From NCBI GenBank assembly GCA_965203485.1, contig OZ241892.1:64001-128000 (forward strand): a stretch of 64,000 nt of DNA, written 5' to 3'. A program made the position numbers and the translations under genes. This DNA is from Longimicrobiales bacterium. Lineage in GTDB: Bacteria > Gemmatimonadota > Gemmatimonadetes > Longimicrobiales > Gaopeijiaceae. Below the pieces are notes generated by a model, which was given only the letters and a program-made list of their open reading frames with translations, searched no databases and had not been told where the DNA came from. This document shows positions 19,378-31,300 of this stretch, piece after piece (the stretch's first letter is position 1; the number at the start of each line of letters is the position of its first letter).

Positions 19378-22300
19378 GCGACCATTCCTGGATCGTCGAC
19401 AGCCTGGGGACCGACAGGCTCCAGGAGGCTAGCACCGAGGCGGCTCGGCGGCGGCTTTGGTCGGCCCTTCGCGACACACCGCCCGAGGCCGAGCACGCCG
19501 ACGACCGCCTTCGATTCGCGGCAAACGCGCTGGAGCTCGACGTGCTCGACGCCATCGGAGACGACGACCTGCCCAGACTGAGACGCTCGGCGGCTTCGGC
19601 GTTCCAGATAGCACGGGTGCTCCGTCTTCCCGACTCGCCCACGGAGAGAGCCGAAGCCCTCGTCAGGCTCGGGTGCCTGGGCATCCTTGGCGACCGGGGC
19701 GCCGACGTGCAGCGAGTCCTCCGCGACGAGGACATGGCCGGGCTTCGTCCACGTGCCGCCCACTGGGGAGACCGCGTGTGGGCGACCGTGCTGCATGTCT
19801 GGCTGCTGCTCTTTCGCAAGAATGGGTGGGACGACCTCAACGCGGTGCAGGAGCACGTTGCCGCCTTGCGTCGCGACCAGACCGACATGGAGCCGGGGTT
19901 CCTGCAGGACGCCGCCGCCAACAATGACGCCGCTCCGGCGTGGACCCTGATTTGGTGCTATCACGTGGCGAAGGCCGCGGAGATCGTGGGAATGCACCAA
20001 ACGCAGGGAAGCGCCGACGGCCACTACGACGTGGGCGAACAACTCGACGCGCAGTTCGACCGGGCCGTGGCCGCCGCCTCGCACGGGGGACTCGCGCGGC
20101 AGGAAGCCTTGGTGCGCTTGCTCGCCCGCACCGCCCGCTCCCTAGTGGACAGCTCCATTTGGTCGGTCGCCCGCGCCGTGAACAGCCGGGTCGAAGAGTT
20201 CGTCGCCGCAATGACTTCCAAGGACCGGCCGCGGCCGATCTTCGAAGTCCTGCCGCTCCAGCGTCGGGCGCTTCGCGAGGAGGGGCTCCTGGGCTCGGGA
20301 CACCGTGCAGTCGTCGTGAACCTGCCAACGTCGAGCGGGAAGACTTTGCTTGCCCAGTTCAGAATGCTGCAAGCCCTGAACCAGTTCGACCGCGAGCGCG
20401 GGTGGGTGGCGTATCTGGCGCCCACCAGGGCCTTGGTCGGCCAGCTGGCCCGCAGGTTGCGTCGCGACTTCGCGGACCTTGGCATCGTGGTGGAGAAGGT
20501 CAGTCCCGCGCTGGAGGTCGACGGGGTCGAGTCCGAGATGCTGTCGGAGGCGGACGCGGCGCGCCAGTTTCGAGTCCTCGTCTCGACTCCCGAGAAGCTC
20601 GACCTGATGCTGCGAGGCGGGTGGGAGGAGAAGACAGGACGGCCTCTGACGCTGGTTGTGGTGGACGAAGCTCACGGCATCGGCGCCAGCGAGCGCGGCC
20701 TTCGGCTCGAGTTGCTGCTGGCGACCATCAACAGGGAATGCAAGTACGCGCAGTTCTTGTTGCTCACGCCCTTCGTCCCCAACGCGGAGAAGATCGCCCA
20801 GTGGCTTGCGCCCGACAGCGCGACGAGCATCGACTTCGGTGTCGATTGGATTCCCAACGATCGCGTGATCGCCATCGCGCAGCCCCGGAGAGGCGAAGCC
20901 CGCGGGAACTTCACGATTGACTTCACGACGCAGCACACGACTGCGAAGACCATCGAAATCCCGGACACTCTCAATGTCGGCAAGCGGCGGCCGCTGGGGT
21001 TGTCGTGGTCCGCAGTCTCCCGGTCGCCCGGCAAGCTGGCTGCGGCCGCCGCCCATCTCCTGGAGCGCCGAGGCACCGTGATCGTCCTGACCGCTCAGCC
21101 GGCACATTGCTGGGGGATTGCCGAGACGTTGAAGCAGGCGGAGAATGTCCCGACGGCGACGAGCAACCGCATACGCCAGCTGTGTGGGTTCCTGGAAGAT
21201 GAAATGGGTTCCGATTTTCCCTTGGTGTCGTTGCTGGAACGCGGAATCGGCGTGCACCATTCGGGGCTCTCCGAGGATGCCCGGGCGATCGTGGAATGGC
21301 TGGCCGAGCAGGGCGACCTCCGGGCGATGGTGGCGACCACGACCATTGCGCAAGGCGTGAACTTTCCAGTGTCGGGCGTCGTGTTCCAAAGTCACCAGTA
21401 TCCGTACGGCCATGAAATGCCGCCCGAGGACTTCTGGAACATTTGCGGACGCGCGGGCCGCGTGGATCAGGACGACCTGGGAATCATCGCGCTGGTCGGC
21501 CGCAACGATGCCAAGGTCGCACAGCTTCGCGAATACGTTAGCCGGTCGGTTGGAGAACTCAACTCGACATTGATCGACATGGTCAAGGAGATCGAAGACA
21601 AGACCGACCTCTTGCACCTTGAACGGCTGGCATGGCGCCCCGAATGGTCGGCCTTCTTGCAGTACCTTGCCCACACCTACCGGCAAGTCGGCGATCACGA
21701 CAGGTTTGCGATGCAGGTCGAGCAGGTGCTTCGCGGAACTCTCGGGTTCCGGGCCCTGCGCGCGAGCCACGAGGGCTGGGCCGACAAGCTGGTTTCGGGA
21801 GTCCAGCGATATTCGGAGCAGATCAAGGGAAAGCCGCTGGGCCTTGTCGATGCGACGGGATTCTCGTGGGAGTCCGTGGCCCGGACCTTGGCTGGCCTGA
21901 ACCGGTCGGGGGTGCGCGAGTCGGCTTGGACGCCGGACCTGTTCGGCGCACGCCGGAACGACTTGGAGCGGATGGTCGGACTGCTGCTCGACGTTCCGGA
22001 GCTGAAGGGATCGCTGGGCAGAGTCGCGGCGGAGGCGGCCCTTGGACCGGACGCCGTGGCCCGGGTCATTCGCGATTGGGTTCGCGAGCGCCCGCTGGCC
22101 GAGATGGCTCGGGCGCACTTCGCGGCCCGTTCCGGCTCCGCTGGTCGGGACGACGCCAGCACGGATGCGACCAAGGCCATGACGCGGTGCTGCCAAACCG
22201 TCTTCGGCAAGCTGGCTCAATCGGCATCCTGGGGCTTGGCCGCCCTCCAGTCGCTCACCATGCGCGATCTGGACGAACTCTCCCCGGACGAACAGCGGAC

Positions 22301-22550
22301 GTTGCGCAACCTCCCCGCCCGAGTCTACTACGGGGTCAACTCCGACGAGGCCGTCGCCATGCGCCTCCTCGGCGTGCCGCGAACGGCGGCCACTCCTCTC
22401 GCTCGGGAACTCAACGTGCAACCATCCGATCCGTTGCACTCGACACGCAAGAAGCTACGCGAAACGGGCGCTAGCGCGTGGCGATCCGCCCTGGGAAATC
22501 GCGGCCCCAGCTATCACCGCGTGTGGGCCCTCATGGAGGGGTTGGAATGA
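19374..22550 (+). CDS. Ski2-like DEAD/DEAH helicase, Hachiman HamB-like
   Basis: NLPTSSGKT, YLAPTRAL, TPEKLD, VVDEAH, GVHHSGL, ATTTIAQGVNFP, NICGRAGR. Confidence 0.8.
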   Translation: MSDHSWIVDSLGTDRLQEASTEAARRRLWSALRDTPPEAEHADDRLRFAANALELDVLDAIGDDDLPRLRRSAASAFQIARVLRLPDSPTERAEALVRLGCLGILGDRGADVQRVLRDEDMAGLRPRAAHWGDRVWATVLHVWLLLFRKNGWDDLNAVQEHVAALRRDQTDMEPGFLQDAAANNDAAPAWTLIWCYHVAKAAEIVGMHQTQGSADGHYDVGEQLDAQFDRAVAAASHGGLARQEALVRLLARTARSLVDSSIWSVARAVNSRVEEFVAAMTSKDRPRPIFEVLPLQRRALREEGLLGSGHRAVVVNLPTSSGKTLLAQFRMLQALNQFDRERGWVAYLAPTRALVGQLARRLRRDFADLGIVVEKVSPALEVDGVESEMLSEADAARQFRVLVSTPEKLDLMLRGGWEEKTGRPLTLVVVDEAHGIGASERGLRLELLLATINRECKYAQFLLLTPFVPNAEKIAQWLAPDSATSIDFGVDWIPNDRVIAIAQPRRGEARGNFTIDFTTQHTTAKTIEIPDTLNVGKRRPLGLSWSAVSRSPGKLAAAAAHLLERRGTVIVLTAQPAHCWGIAETLKQAENVPTATSNRIRQLCGFLEDEMGSDFPLVSLLERGIGVHHSGLSEDARAIVEWLAEQGDLRAMVATTTIAQGVNFPVSGVVFQSHQYPYGHEMPPEDFWNICGRAGRVDQDDLGIIALVGRNDAKVAQLREYVSRSVGELNSTLIDMVKEIEDKTDLLHLERLAWRPEWSAFLQYLAHTYRQVGDHDRFAMQVEQVLRGTLGFRALRASHEGWADKLVSGVQRYSEQIKGKPLGLVDATGFSWESVARTLAGLNRSGVRESAWTPDLFGARRNDLERMVGLLLDVPELKGSLGRVAAEAALGPDAVARVIRDWVRERPLAEMARAHFAARSGSAGRDDASTDATKAMTRCCQTVFGKLAQSASWGLAALQSLTMRDLDELSPDEQRTLRNLPARVYYGVNSDEAVAMRLLGVPRTAATPLARELNVQPSDPLHSTRKKLRETGASAWRSALGNRGPSYHRVWALMEGLE

Positions 22551-22673
22551 GTGAGCAGCCAGGATTTGCTGGTGCGCATGGCGAGGAGCCGCATTCCCAC
22601 CGAGCAACCAAGGCCATCGAAACCGAGGAAGGAGCATTCTTTATGCCATTGCCCAAGACGCAGGATGTCGAGC

Positions 22674-22871
22674 ATGAGTGACGCACCGGGAACGGATCGG
22701 CTTTCGGAGGCGCAGGAGCGTTGCGACCGCATCCAGAAGCGCATCAAACCGTTTCTCGCGCCAGAGGAGGAGAAGCGTCCTCCAGAACCCGGAACGTGGC
22801 GACGCGGAATCGACCTGCCCGACGATTCCAACGAACGCTTTCGGTTCGAGTACTACGGTCGAACGTCGTAG
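22674..22871 (+). CDS. Small hypothetical protein (65 aa)
   Basis: ATG 22674, protein-like composition; overlaps a tiny ORF (22547-22681) that is coupled to the helicase stop. Confidence 0.35.
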   Translation: MSDAPGTDRLSEAQERCDRIQKRIKPFLAPEEEKRPPEPGTWRRGIDLPDDSNERFRFEYYGRTS

Positions 22872-22910
22872 AGCTTCCGGCCAGCCAAGGCGACGCGGTC
22901 GGGCTAAACC

Positions 22911-23324
22911 CTAGAAACCGGCGTCCACGGCGCGGACATGGCCCTGCTGGGCATACGCCAGGATGGCGCGATCCGCCGTAACCAGGGGCACGCCGTGGTG
23001 CCGGGCCGTGGCGACGATGAGACGGTCGGCGGGATCGGAGTGGAAGTCTCCCGGCAGGCGCACGCTGGCCACGGCGATGGGCGGGTCAATGGCCATCAGG
23101 CGCACGCCCGGCAGAGAGAGGGCGCCGTCAAGCCAAGTCGTGACTTCGCATGCCAGCCGCAACCGGCCCCTTTCGGCCAAGAGCGCAATTTCCCAGCACG
23201 TGATGGCCGAGATGCCGATTCCGCCCGCGCGGGCGGCTCCCTCAACCTCTTCGCGTGCCGCCGCTCCCAATCGGTCGCTTCCGTCCACCACCCACACGAG
23301 CGCATGGGTGTCGAGGACGATCAA
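22911..23324 (-). CDS. vapC: PIN-domain (VapC) toxin
   Basis: IVLDTHALVW, SAITCWEI, HSDPADRLIVATA, LVTAD. Confidence 0.92.
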   Translation of the reverse strand: MIVLDTHALVWVVDGSDRLGAAAREEVEGAARAGGIGISAITCWEIALLAERGRLRLACEVTTWLDGALSLPGVRLMAIDPPIAVASVRLPGDFHSDPADRLIVATARHHGVPLVTADRAILAYAQQGHVRAVDAGF

Positions 23325-23563
23325 CGAAGCGCAGACCAGTCCGCGGAATCGGCAGCTGGCCCGAACGGTTCGTCGTAGCCGAGCACCGACCCGCGCATGG
23401 CGCCCACCACGAGGTCGCGCCCGGCGTCGGCCGGCACCGGCGACACGACGGCGACAGGCCGCCCGTGCTTCGTGACCACGACAGGCTCGCGGTCCCGATT
23501 CATCTGCTTGATGACCCGCAGGCAGGTTGCTTTGAATGCGGCCGCTCCGATGCGCTTGCTCAT
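23321..23563 (-). CDS. Phd/YefM family antitoxin
   Basis: MSKRIGAAAFKATCLRVIKQMNRDREPVVVTKHGRPVAVV; 4-nt overlap with the toxin. Confidence 0.9.
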   Translation of the reverse strand: MSKRIGAAAFKATCLRVIKQMNRDREPVVVTKHGRPVAVVSPVPADAGRDLVVGAMRGSVLGYDEPFGPAADSADWSALR

Positions 23564-23725
23564 CTCCCCCGCTCCGATCCCGGTTGAATGAAGAAAAATG
23601 GACATAACAAAGGTACGCAATCGGGATCGGGAGTCAAGAGGCGCCCGTGCCGAGTCCACGCGGATGCCCGAGCCACCGACTTTGCTAAGCCGCGACCGGA
23701 ACCGCTCGATGCCCAGTAGTTCCAC

Positions 23726-23783
23726 GGACATTCGCGACGTGGAAAACCGGACATCAGAGCGGACATTCTGGGGCCTCGAAATC
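23726..23783 (+). repeat. GGACA-motif family copy (half-site also at 23600-23622)
   Basis: ggacattcgcgacgtggaaaacc then ggaca-tcagagc-ggacattctg-gggcct-cgaaatc. Confidence 0.7.
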
Positions 23784-24016
23784 GCACGAAGGTGGAATCG
23801 TTGGGGGATTTGTCCCCAATCCAACCACCGGCGGTTGCGCTACCCTAGTCGTCGTGCCCACCTTCAGGAAGGGCGTTCGCGAACCCTGCTAGCTGCCACA
23901 GCAGGGCGGGAGCGGAAATTCCATGACCAGGCGGCGGGTCACGGTACCGGGACGACCGGCGGGCGGATGGCCGAGCCGTCGGGCCGACCGGCTGTAGAGC
24001 AGCAGGAGGGAACCAA

Positions 24017-25195
24017 GTGCGAATCGAACAGATCGACATCAAGAACTACCGCCTGTTCAAGGACGTTACCCTCTCCGGCCTGCCACAGCTGGTGGTTGTG
24101 GTCGGTGCGAACGGGACAGGGAAGAGCACTCTATTCGACGTGTTCTCGTTCCTCAAGGACGCGCTCACTCAAAACGTCGCCTCCGCCGTTGCCAAGCGTG
24201 GCGGCTTTCGGACTCTCGTGAGCCGCGGCCGCACCGGCCCTATCGAGATCGCCATCAAATTTCGAGAGAGCCGAGGAAGACTGGCAACCTACATGCTGTC
24301 CGTAGGACTTGACGAATCCAAGAGAACAGTCGTGGACCGAGAAGTGCTTCGCTATCGAAGAGGCCAGCACGGCAAGCCATGGCACTTCGTCGACTTCCGT
24401 CGCGGCTCCGGTGCCGCCATCACGAACGAGGCGGCCTACGGCCACGAAGGGGTCCAGCAGGAACGGGAAGAGTACACTCTCGAGAGCCCCGATGTCCTGG
24501 CAATCAAGGGCCTCGGACAATTCGAAAAGTTTCGCGTGGTCGCCGAGTTTCGACGCTTGATCGAGAACTGGCACATATCGGACTTCCACATATCGGAGGC
24601 CCGTCCGAGCGTCGAAGCCGGGTTCGCGGAGCACCTATCGACGCGGGGAGACAACGTGGCTCAAGTTGCGCAGTACATGCACGAACAGCATCGAGATCGA
24701 TTTGACCGCGTGCTCCGGGCCATGCGCGAGCGAGTGCCGGGCATCCGCAACGTGGAAGCGAAGTCCACCGAAGACGGGCGGCTTGTCCTGCGGTTCCGAG
24801 ACGGCGGCTTCGAGGATCCGTTCATTGCTCGCTACGTGTCCGACGGAACCATCAAGATGTTCGCGTACCTGATACTGCTCAACGATCCGAAGCCGCATCC
24901 ACTGCTAGCCGTGGAAGAACCCGAGAACCAGCTGTACCCTGAACTATTGCGCGAGCTGTCGGAAGAATTTCGCTTGTACGCAAGACACGGGGGGCAGGTC
25001 CTCATTTCGACGCATTCGCCGGATTTTCTCAATGGCGTGGAGCTTGACGAAGTGTACTGGCTGGTCAAGAGCGAAGGGTTCTCTGTTGCCCACGCAGCGG
25101 GCAAGTCTCAACTGCTGCGCGATTTGATCAAGCATGGAGATTCGCTGGGCGCACTGTGGAAGCAAGGTTTGCTGGGGAAGCGACCACCACTATGA
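24017..25195 (+). CDS. AAA_21/SMC-like ABC ATPase
   Basis: RBS aggaggg, GTG start; GANGTGKS, VSDGT, AVEEPENQL, STHSP. Confidence 0.9.
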   Translation: MRIEQIDIKNYRLFKDVTLSGLPQLVVVVGANGTGKSTLFDVFSFLKDALTQNVASAVAKRGGFRTLVSRGRTGPIEIAIKFRESRGRLATYMLSVGLDESKRTVVDREVLRYRRGQHGKPWHFVDFRRGSGAAITNEAAYGHEGVQQEREEYTLESPDVLAIKGLGQFEKFRVVAEFRRLIENWHISDFHISEARPSVEAGFAEHLSTRGDNVAQVAQYMHEQHRDRFDRVLRAMRERVPGIRNVEAKSTEDGRLVLRFRDGGFEDPFIARYVSDGTIKMFAYLILLNDPKPHPLLAVEEPENQLYPELLRELSEEFRLYARHGGQVLISTHSPDFLNGVELDEVYWLVKSEGFSVAHAAGKSQLLRDLIKHGDSLGALWKQGLLGKRPPL

Positions 25196-25337
25196 TGCAT
25201 TATTTGACGCCTATGGAAGTTTGCGCTCGAAGCTCTCGGCGGTGAAACGGCGGGCGCCGGATGACGTGCCGTCGCCGTCGCGGGAGGTCCAGCGCCTCTT
25301 GCCCAAGCGGCTGTCATGTTCCCTTGAGGCTCCGTAG
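25192..25337 (+). pseudogene. Remnant of the ATPase partner gene (DUF4276/RloB-like), internally deleted
   Basis: ATGA-coupled start (MMHYL), then in another frame KRRAPDDVPSPSREVQRLLP, which resembles the DUF4276 interior. Confidence 0.4.
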
Positions 25338-25346
25338 CACCTCTCC

Positions 25347-28300
25347 ATGATTCCCTCCGTCGTCGCGTCCGAAGCCCTCGACGCCCTGCACGACTTCCTG
25401 AAGACCGGCTTCGGCCCCTCGAACCCGGAACTTTCCGGGGTCGTGGACGACTTTCTGGCGGACCCGGACAACTTGGCCAAGGGGCCGTACCTGTCGATCT
25501 CGCTTCCGTTCGAGCACGCGACGGAGGGCGGCGAGCCGTTCCCGCGCATTCCACTGGGGTTCACGCCCTACAAGCACCAGCGCGCGGCGATGGAACGGCT
25601 GTCGCCGGACGCGGGGTGCTCCACCGTGATCGCCACGGGCACCGGCTCCGGCAAGACCGAGTGCTTCCTGTATCCGGTGCTGGAGCACTGTCGTCGGCAG
25701 ACGGGAAAGCCGGGCGTCAAGGCGGTCGTCGTCTACCCCATGAACGCGCTGGCGTCGGACCAGGCGCGGCGCGTCGCGCGGATCGTTCACGGCACGCCGT
25801 CGTTGCGCGGCAGGGTGACGGCAGGGCTGTTCATCGGGCAAGCCGTGGGGTCGCCCCGCGACCGGATGGGAGCGCACGCCGCGATTACGGATCGCTCGGC
25901 CATGCGCGAGCGCCCCCCGGACATCCTGCTCACGAACTACAAGATGCTGGACTATCTGATGATCCGGCCTCGGGACCGGCGGCTTTGGCGCCACAACGAT
26001 CCCGACACGTTGCGGTACTTGGTAGTGGACGAGCTCCACACCTTCGACGGCGCCCAGGGCACGGACTTGGCGTGTCTGATTCGTCGCCTGCGAATGCGGC
26101 TGGGCACGTCGGCGGGGAAGCTGGTGTGCGCTGGCACCTCGGCGACGCTGGGCGGCGACCCTCGCGAGTACGCGTCGCGCATCTTCGACCAGGAGTTCGA
26201 CGCGGACTCGATCGTCGGCGAGACGCGCCAAACGATCGACGCCTTCCTGGGCGACGCGCTGATCCGCCGCCACCTGTTGCCCACGCAGGACTTGGCCAAG
26301 GTCGTGGATCCCCGCCGGCACGACACGGCCGAGGCGTACCTTCGCGCCCAGCACGAACTCTTTCTGGGAGCGCCGATCGACGGGGACTTCGAGGCCGCGG
26401 AGTGGCGGGTGGCGCTGGGCGAAGGGCTTCGGCAGCATGTCGTCTTCGTGAACTTGCTGCGCGCGCTGGACGGACGCCCCCAGCCGTTGCCCGAGCTGGC
26501 GAAACGATTGCAAGGCAGCTTGCCCGTCTCCAACGACAAGGAAGCGCTCGGCGTGCTGAACGGGTTGTGCGCGTTGATCTCGGCGTCTCGCCGGCGACGG
26601 GCGTCGAGCGACAACGGCGGCAACGACGAGCCGCTGCCCTTCCTGCATGTCGGCGTGCATCTGTGGGTGCGCGAGTTGCGGCGCATGGTGTGCGGCTTGG
26701 GCAGCCACAGCGACGTCGGCGGCAAGAACGAATCGCGGTTCCGCCTGCGCCACTCCGGCGACCTGAAGGCCGGCGAGCCGTTCGTGCACCTGCCGCTGGT
26801 CCAGTGCAGGGAGTGCCACGTCACGGGGTGGGTCACCAAGCTTCTCGCGGCGGGCGGTAGCAGACCCAAGGTCTTGTCGCACCGAGTGATGGACGGCTTG
26901 CAGGACATCTACGGCGCGTTCTTCGGCGGCGACGTCGATACCGTCTTCCTATTTCCGAGGGACCGCGGCGCGGACCCTGGCAAGAGCGTGCACCCCGACA
27001 AGAGCGTGCACTCGCTCGTGTGCGGAACGTGCGGCGTCTTGGCGAATGACGAATCGAACGATGTCTGCGCCTGCCCCGGCAACGCGCTGGTAGAGGTGGT
27101 CAGGCCAGTAGTCGTGACGCAGCGGGGCCGATCCTCCGCACGCGCCAAGTCTCGGCTCTCCAAGGACTGTCCGTACTGCAACGCTCGGGACGCCATGGTC
27201 GTCTTGGGCGCCCGCGCCGCCAGCCTTCTCGCCGTTGCGCTCAATCAGACGGTCTCGTCGCGCCACAACGACGACCCCAAGGTGATCGCATTCTCCGACA
27301 ACGTGCAGGACGCCGCTCACCGCGCCGGCTACGTGTCGGTCCGAACGTGGAGTGCCAACATGCGGGCGGCGATCGCGCAGACAGTGGCCGCAAACGACGG
27401 CTCGTCGCTGGAGGAACTGTCCGAGCAGGTCGCGGCTCGCTGGCGCAACCACTGGCGGAATGGCGGCGACGATGACGACACACCGGACTTGGCCCGCTTC
27501 GTGGGCGAGTTCATTGCTCCGGACCGCCGGTGGCTGAACGACTTTCGCGAGTTGGAAGAAACCGGCCGCTTGCCCCGGAACTCGAACCTGCCGACGCTTG
27601 TGGAGCGGCGAATGCGCTGGAACACGTTCGCCGAGTTCGGCCAGCGCTCCGCCATCGGGCGAACGCTCGAGAATACGCGAACGGCCGCCGTGGGCGTGGA
27701 CCGCGCCACGCTGGACGAAGTCTGCGAAACCGCGACGGCCCGACTTCGCGAAGAGCTCGAGGGCATGCGCACTGCCCCCGACGACCTGGCCCGCCCGCTG
27801 GTGCTCGGCATCGTCCGGCGCATGAAGGACCGGGGGGCGATTCTGACCGACTTGGTGACGAGCTACTTGGCCAAGGGCGGCAACCCCTTCGTGCTGCGAT
27901 ACGATCTCGCTTTGCCCGACCTCGGAACGGACCGATCCGCGGTGCCCGTCTTCCCAGGAACCAAGGCCACCGGAAAGTCGGGCGTGGAAGCGTTGCTTGG
28001 GTCCGGCGGGAAAGGCAAGTCCTGGTATCAGAACTGGACGCGCAAGGTTCTGGACCACGCCGGCTTGGCCCTGGCGGTCCACGATTCCGACGTCGTGCTC
28101 GGCATCGTCTTCCGGGCGATGGACGTCACGGGACTTGTGCGCAAGGCGGACATCGGCAAGGGACAACATGCATGGGGCTTGGTGCCCGACCGCCTGTACG
28201 TCAGTACGGAGGTCGCCGAGATGCGGAGCGGCGCGGGCCGTCCCCTGGTCGTCCCTCGTCGGGAGGCAAAGCTGTGGCGGGGCGTGCCGAGCCTGGACTT

Positions 28301-31300
28301 GCCAACCCGAGCCGCATACGACCGCCGCGAAGTCGCACGCCCCACTTGGTTCGGGCGCCTCTACCGCGACATGAAGGTCCGCCGCATCGTCGCCGCCGAG
28401 CACACGGCCCTGTTGCCGCGCGAACAGCGCGAGCGCCTGGAAAAGCGGTTCGCGACGAAAGGCCACCGTCCCTGGCACCCCAACGTCCTGTCGGCGACGC
28501 CCACGCTGGAGCTGGGAATCGACATCGGCGACCTGTCCACGGTCATGCTGTGCTCGGTCCCCCCGGAGCCCGCCAACTACATGCAGCGGACGGGCCGAGC
28601 GGGACGGCGCGACGGCAACGCCTTCAACTTGTCCCTGGCGACCGGACAGCCGCACGACCTCTACTACTACGAGCGGCCCTTGGACATGCTGGCCGGCAAG
28701 GTCGATCCGCCCGGCGTCTTCCTGAACGCGACCGCCGTGCTGGAACGGCAGATGATCGCGTACTGCCTGGACAGCTGGGTGGCCTCGGGCGTGGACGAGC
28801 GGGCCGTGCCCATGACGATGCGCGAGGTGCTCGCCAACGTGGAACGGAGGCGGCTGTCCCGGTTCCCGTATCCGTTCTTCGACTTCGTGGGCGAACATGC
28901 CCGCGAGCTTGCCGCGTCGTTCTTGGCGGCGTTCGACAAGGACCTGAGCGAAGACAACAAGAGGATGCTATCGGAGTTCATGCTCGGCGACGACGCAATA
29001 GCCGACACCGGCTCGCGGCTCCACCGCCAGCCGCTGGTTCACCGCCTTCTCGATCGCTTCGCCGAGGTGGCTAGGGAGCGCAAGTCGATTCGCCGCGAGG
29101 CGCAGGCGTTGCAGAGGCGCGCCGAGGCGTTGAGCCGGGGTCCGCAGGACGAGAGCGTCCAGGCCGAGATCGACGAGATCGTCGCCGAGCGGCGCGGGCT
29201 TCAAGGCGTCCTGCGCAAGATCAATGGTCGGGAGACGTACAACTTCCTCACGGACGAGGGCTTGGTTCCCAACTACGCCTTCCCGGAGAAGGGCGTCATG
29301 CTCCGCTCGGTGATCCTGCGAAAGGGCGACGCGACCGCCGGGAGCGACGGCAAGGCGGACCAGCGGTTCGACCACGAGGTGTTCGAGTACGAACGGCCGG
29401 CGGCGGCCGCATTGAGCGAGCTAGCTCCGGAGAACAGCTTCTACGCCGGCGCGCGCAGAGTGCAGATAGACCGCGTGGACTTGGAGACGTCGAAGCTGGA
29501 GCAGTGGAGGCTGTGCCCGGCTTGCGTCTACTGCGAGCGCGTGGACTCGGTGGACGAACACGCGGCGTGCCCTCGTTGCGGCGAATCCCGATGGGGCGAC
29601 GTGGGGCAACGCAGGGAGATGCTTCCGTTGCGCATGGTGCACGCCACGACGCAAGACAGGAGGAGCCGCATCGGCGACGAGAGCGACCAGCGGCAGCCGA
29701 AGTTCTACGCCCGTCACCTGGTGGCCGACTTCGATCCCGACGCGGCCCGGACCGCCTTCGTCGCCACAGGGACCCCGTTCGGCTTCGAGTACATCCCGTC
29801 GGCGACCTTCCGGGAGATGAACTTCGGCCACCGCTCGGACCAGACCGAGCCGACGCTGGTGGCCGGCCTGCAGCTTCCCCGGGGTGGTTTCCGCATCTGC
29901 ACGCGATGCGGCAAGGTGCAGCCGCCGTCCGCGGACAACGACGCGACGGTGCACACACGAACCTGCCCGCTGGCGCGACGGCGAGCAGGCGGTTCGGGCG
30001 CCGACGCAACCGCCGAGTGCATCTACCTGTACCGGGAGTTCGAGTCGGAGGCGATTCGGATGCTTGTGCCCGGGGTCGGCGGAGCGGGGGCGGACTTGTA
30101 CATGCACTCGTTCGTGGCTGCGCTGGATCTGGGTCTTCGGCGCAAGTTCGGCGGCGAGATCGGACACCTGCGCACCATGGAGTGCGAGTATCCGATTCCA
30201 CAAACAAGTCGAAGGCGCAAGTACCTGCTGTTGTGCGACACCGTGCCAGGCGGCACCGGCTACCTGAAGGACCGCATGACCGATCCCGACAAGTTGCGCT
30301 CGATCTTCGATGCGGCCCACGCCGGGTTGCGCGAGTGCGCCTGCGTCCAAGACCCGGAGAAGGACGGTTGCTACCGTTGCGTCTTCGCCTACCGCAGGAG
30401 CCGCGACATGCCCACCACGTCGCGCAAAGTGGCCGAACGGCTGGTGGCGGCGACTCTGAAGCGGTGGTCGGAGCTGGAGGTCGTGAAGGGGCTGACCGGC
30501 GTTGCCGCCAACGTCCTGACCGAGAGCGAACTGGAGGAGAGGTTCGTCGAGGCGTTGCGACAGCGGGCCGCGGACTCGTCGGTCGAGATTCGCAGTGCGC
30601 AGGTGCGGGGCAAGCCCGGCTACGCCCTTTCGGTCGGGGGCAACAAGTATCGCGTGGAACCGCAGGCCGACTTCGACATCGCCGACGGCGTGGCCGTTCC
30701 CAGCAGGCCCGACTTTGCGATCTGGCCGGATTGGCGGCCGAGCGCCGGGCCGTCGGAGGGCGCGGGATTGCCGCAAGACGCCCCCGCCGTCGCCGTCTTC
30801 CTCGACGGCTTCGAGCACCATCGGGACCAGACCGGCAAAGACTCGGCGAAGCGGATGAGCTTGGCTCGGGCGGGGCGCCTGGTGTGGTCGCTGACGTGGG
30901 ACGACCTGGAGGGCGCCTTCGGGGGCGTGCCCCGCGCACCGAACTTCTTGGCGGACCATGGCACGACCCAGACCGCCGTCCAAGAGGCCCTGAGCGAGCG
31001 CTGGGACGCGCAGTGGGACACGCGGAAGCTGCGCTCGCGGCTGACGGCGCCCTCGTTCGACATGCTCCTGCACTACCTGGCCAACCCCAATCCCGCAAAG
31101 TGGCGCCGAGCCGTCTTCGTCAAGCTGCTCGGAGTCTTCGACCAGGAGCAGATGACAAGTTCCGCGTTGCGCGCCCGCTTCGACGCCGCCGCCAGCGACG
31201 CCTTGCCCGGCCAAGCGCTCGATGCCGTCGCCGACCTTGCCCAGCCCGTCGTGGTCGGCGGCTTCGGACCGTGGGTCTCGGGGGCGGCCAGCGGCAAGCG

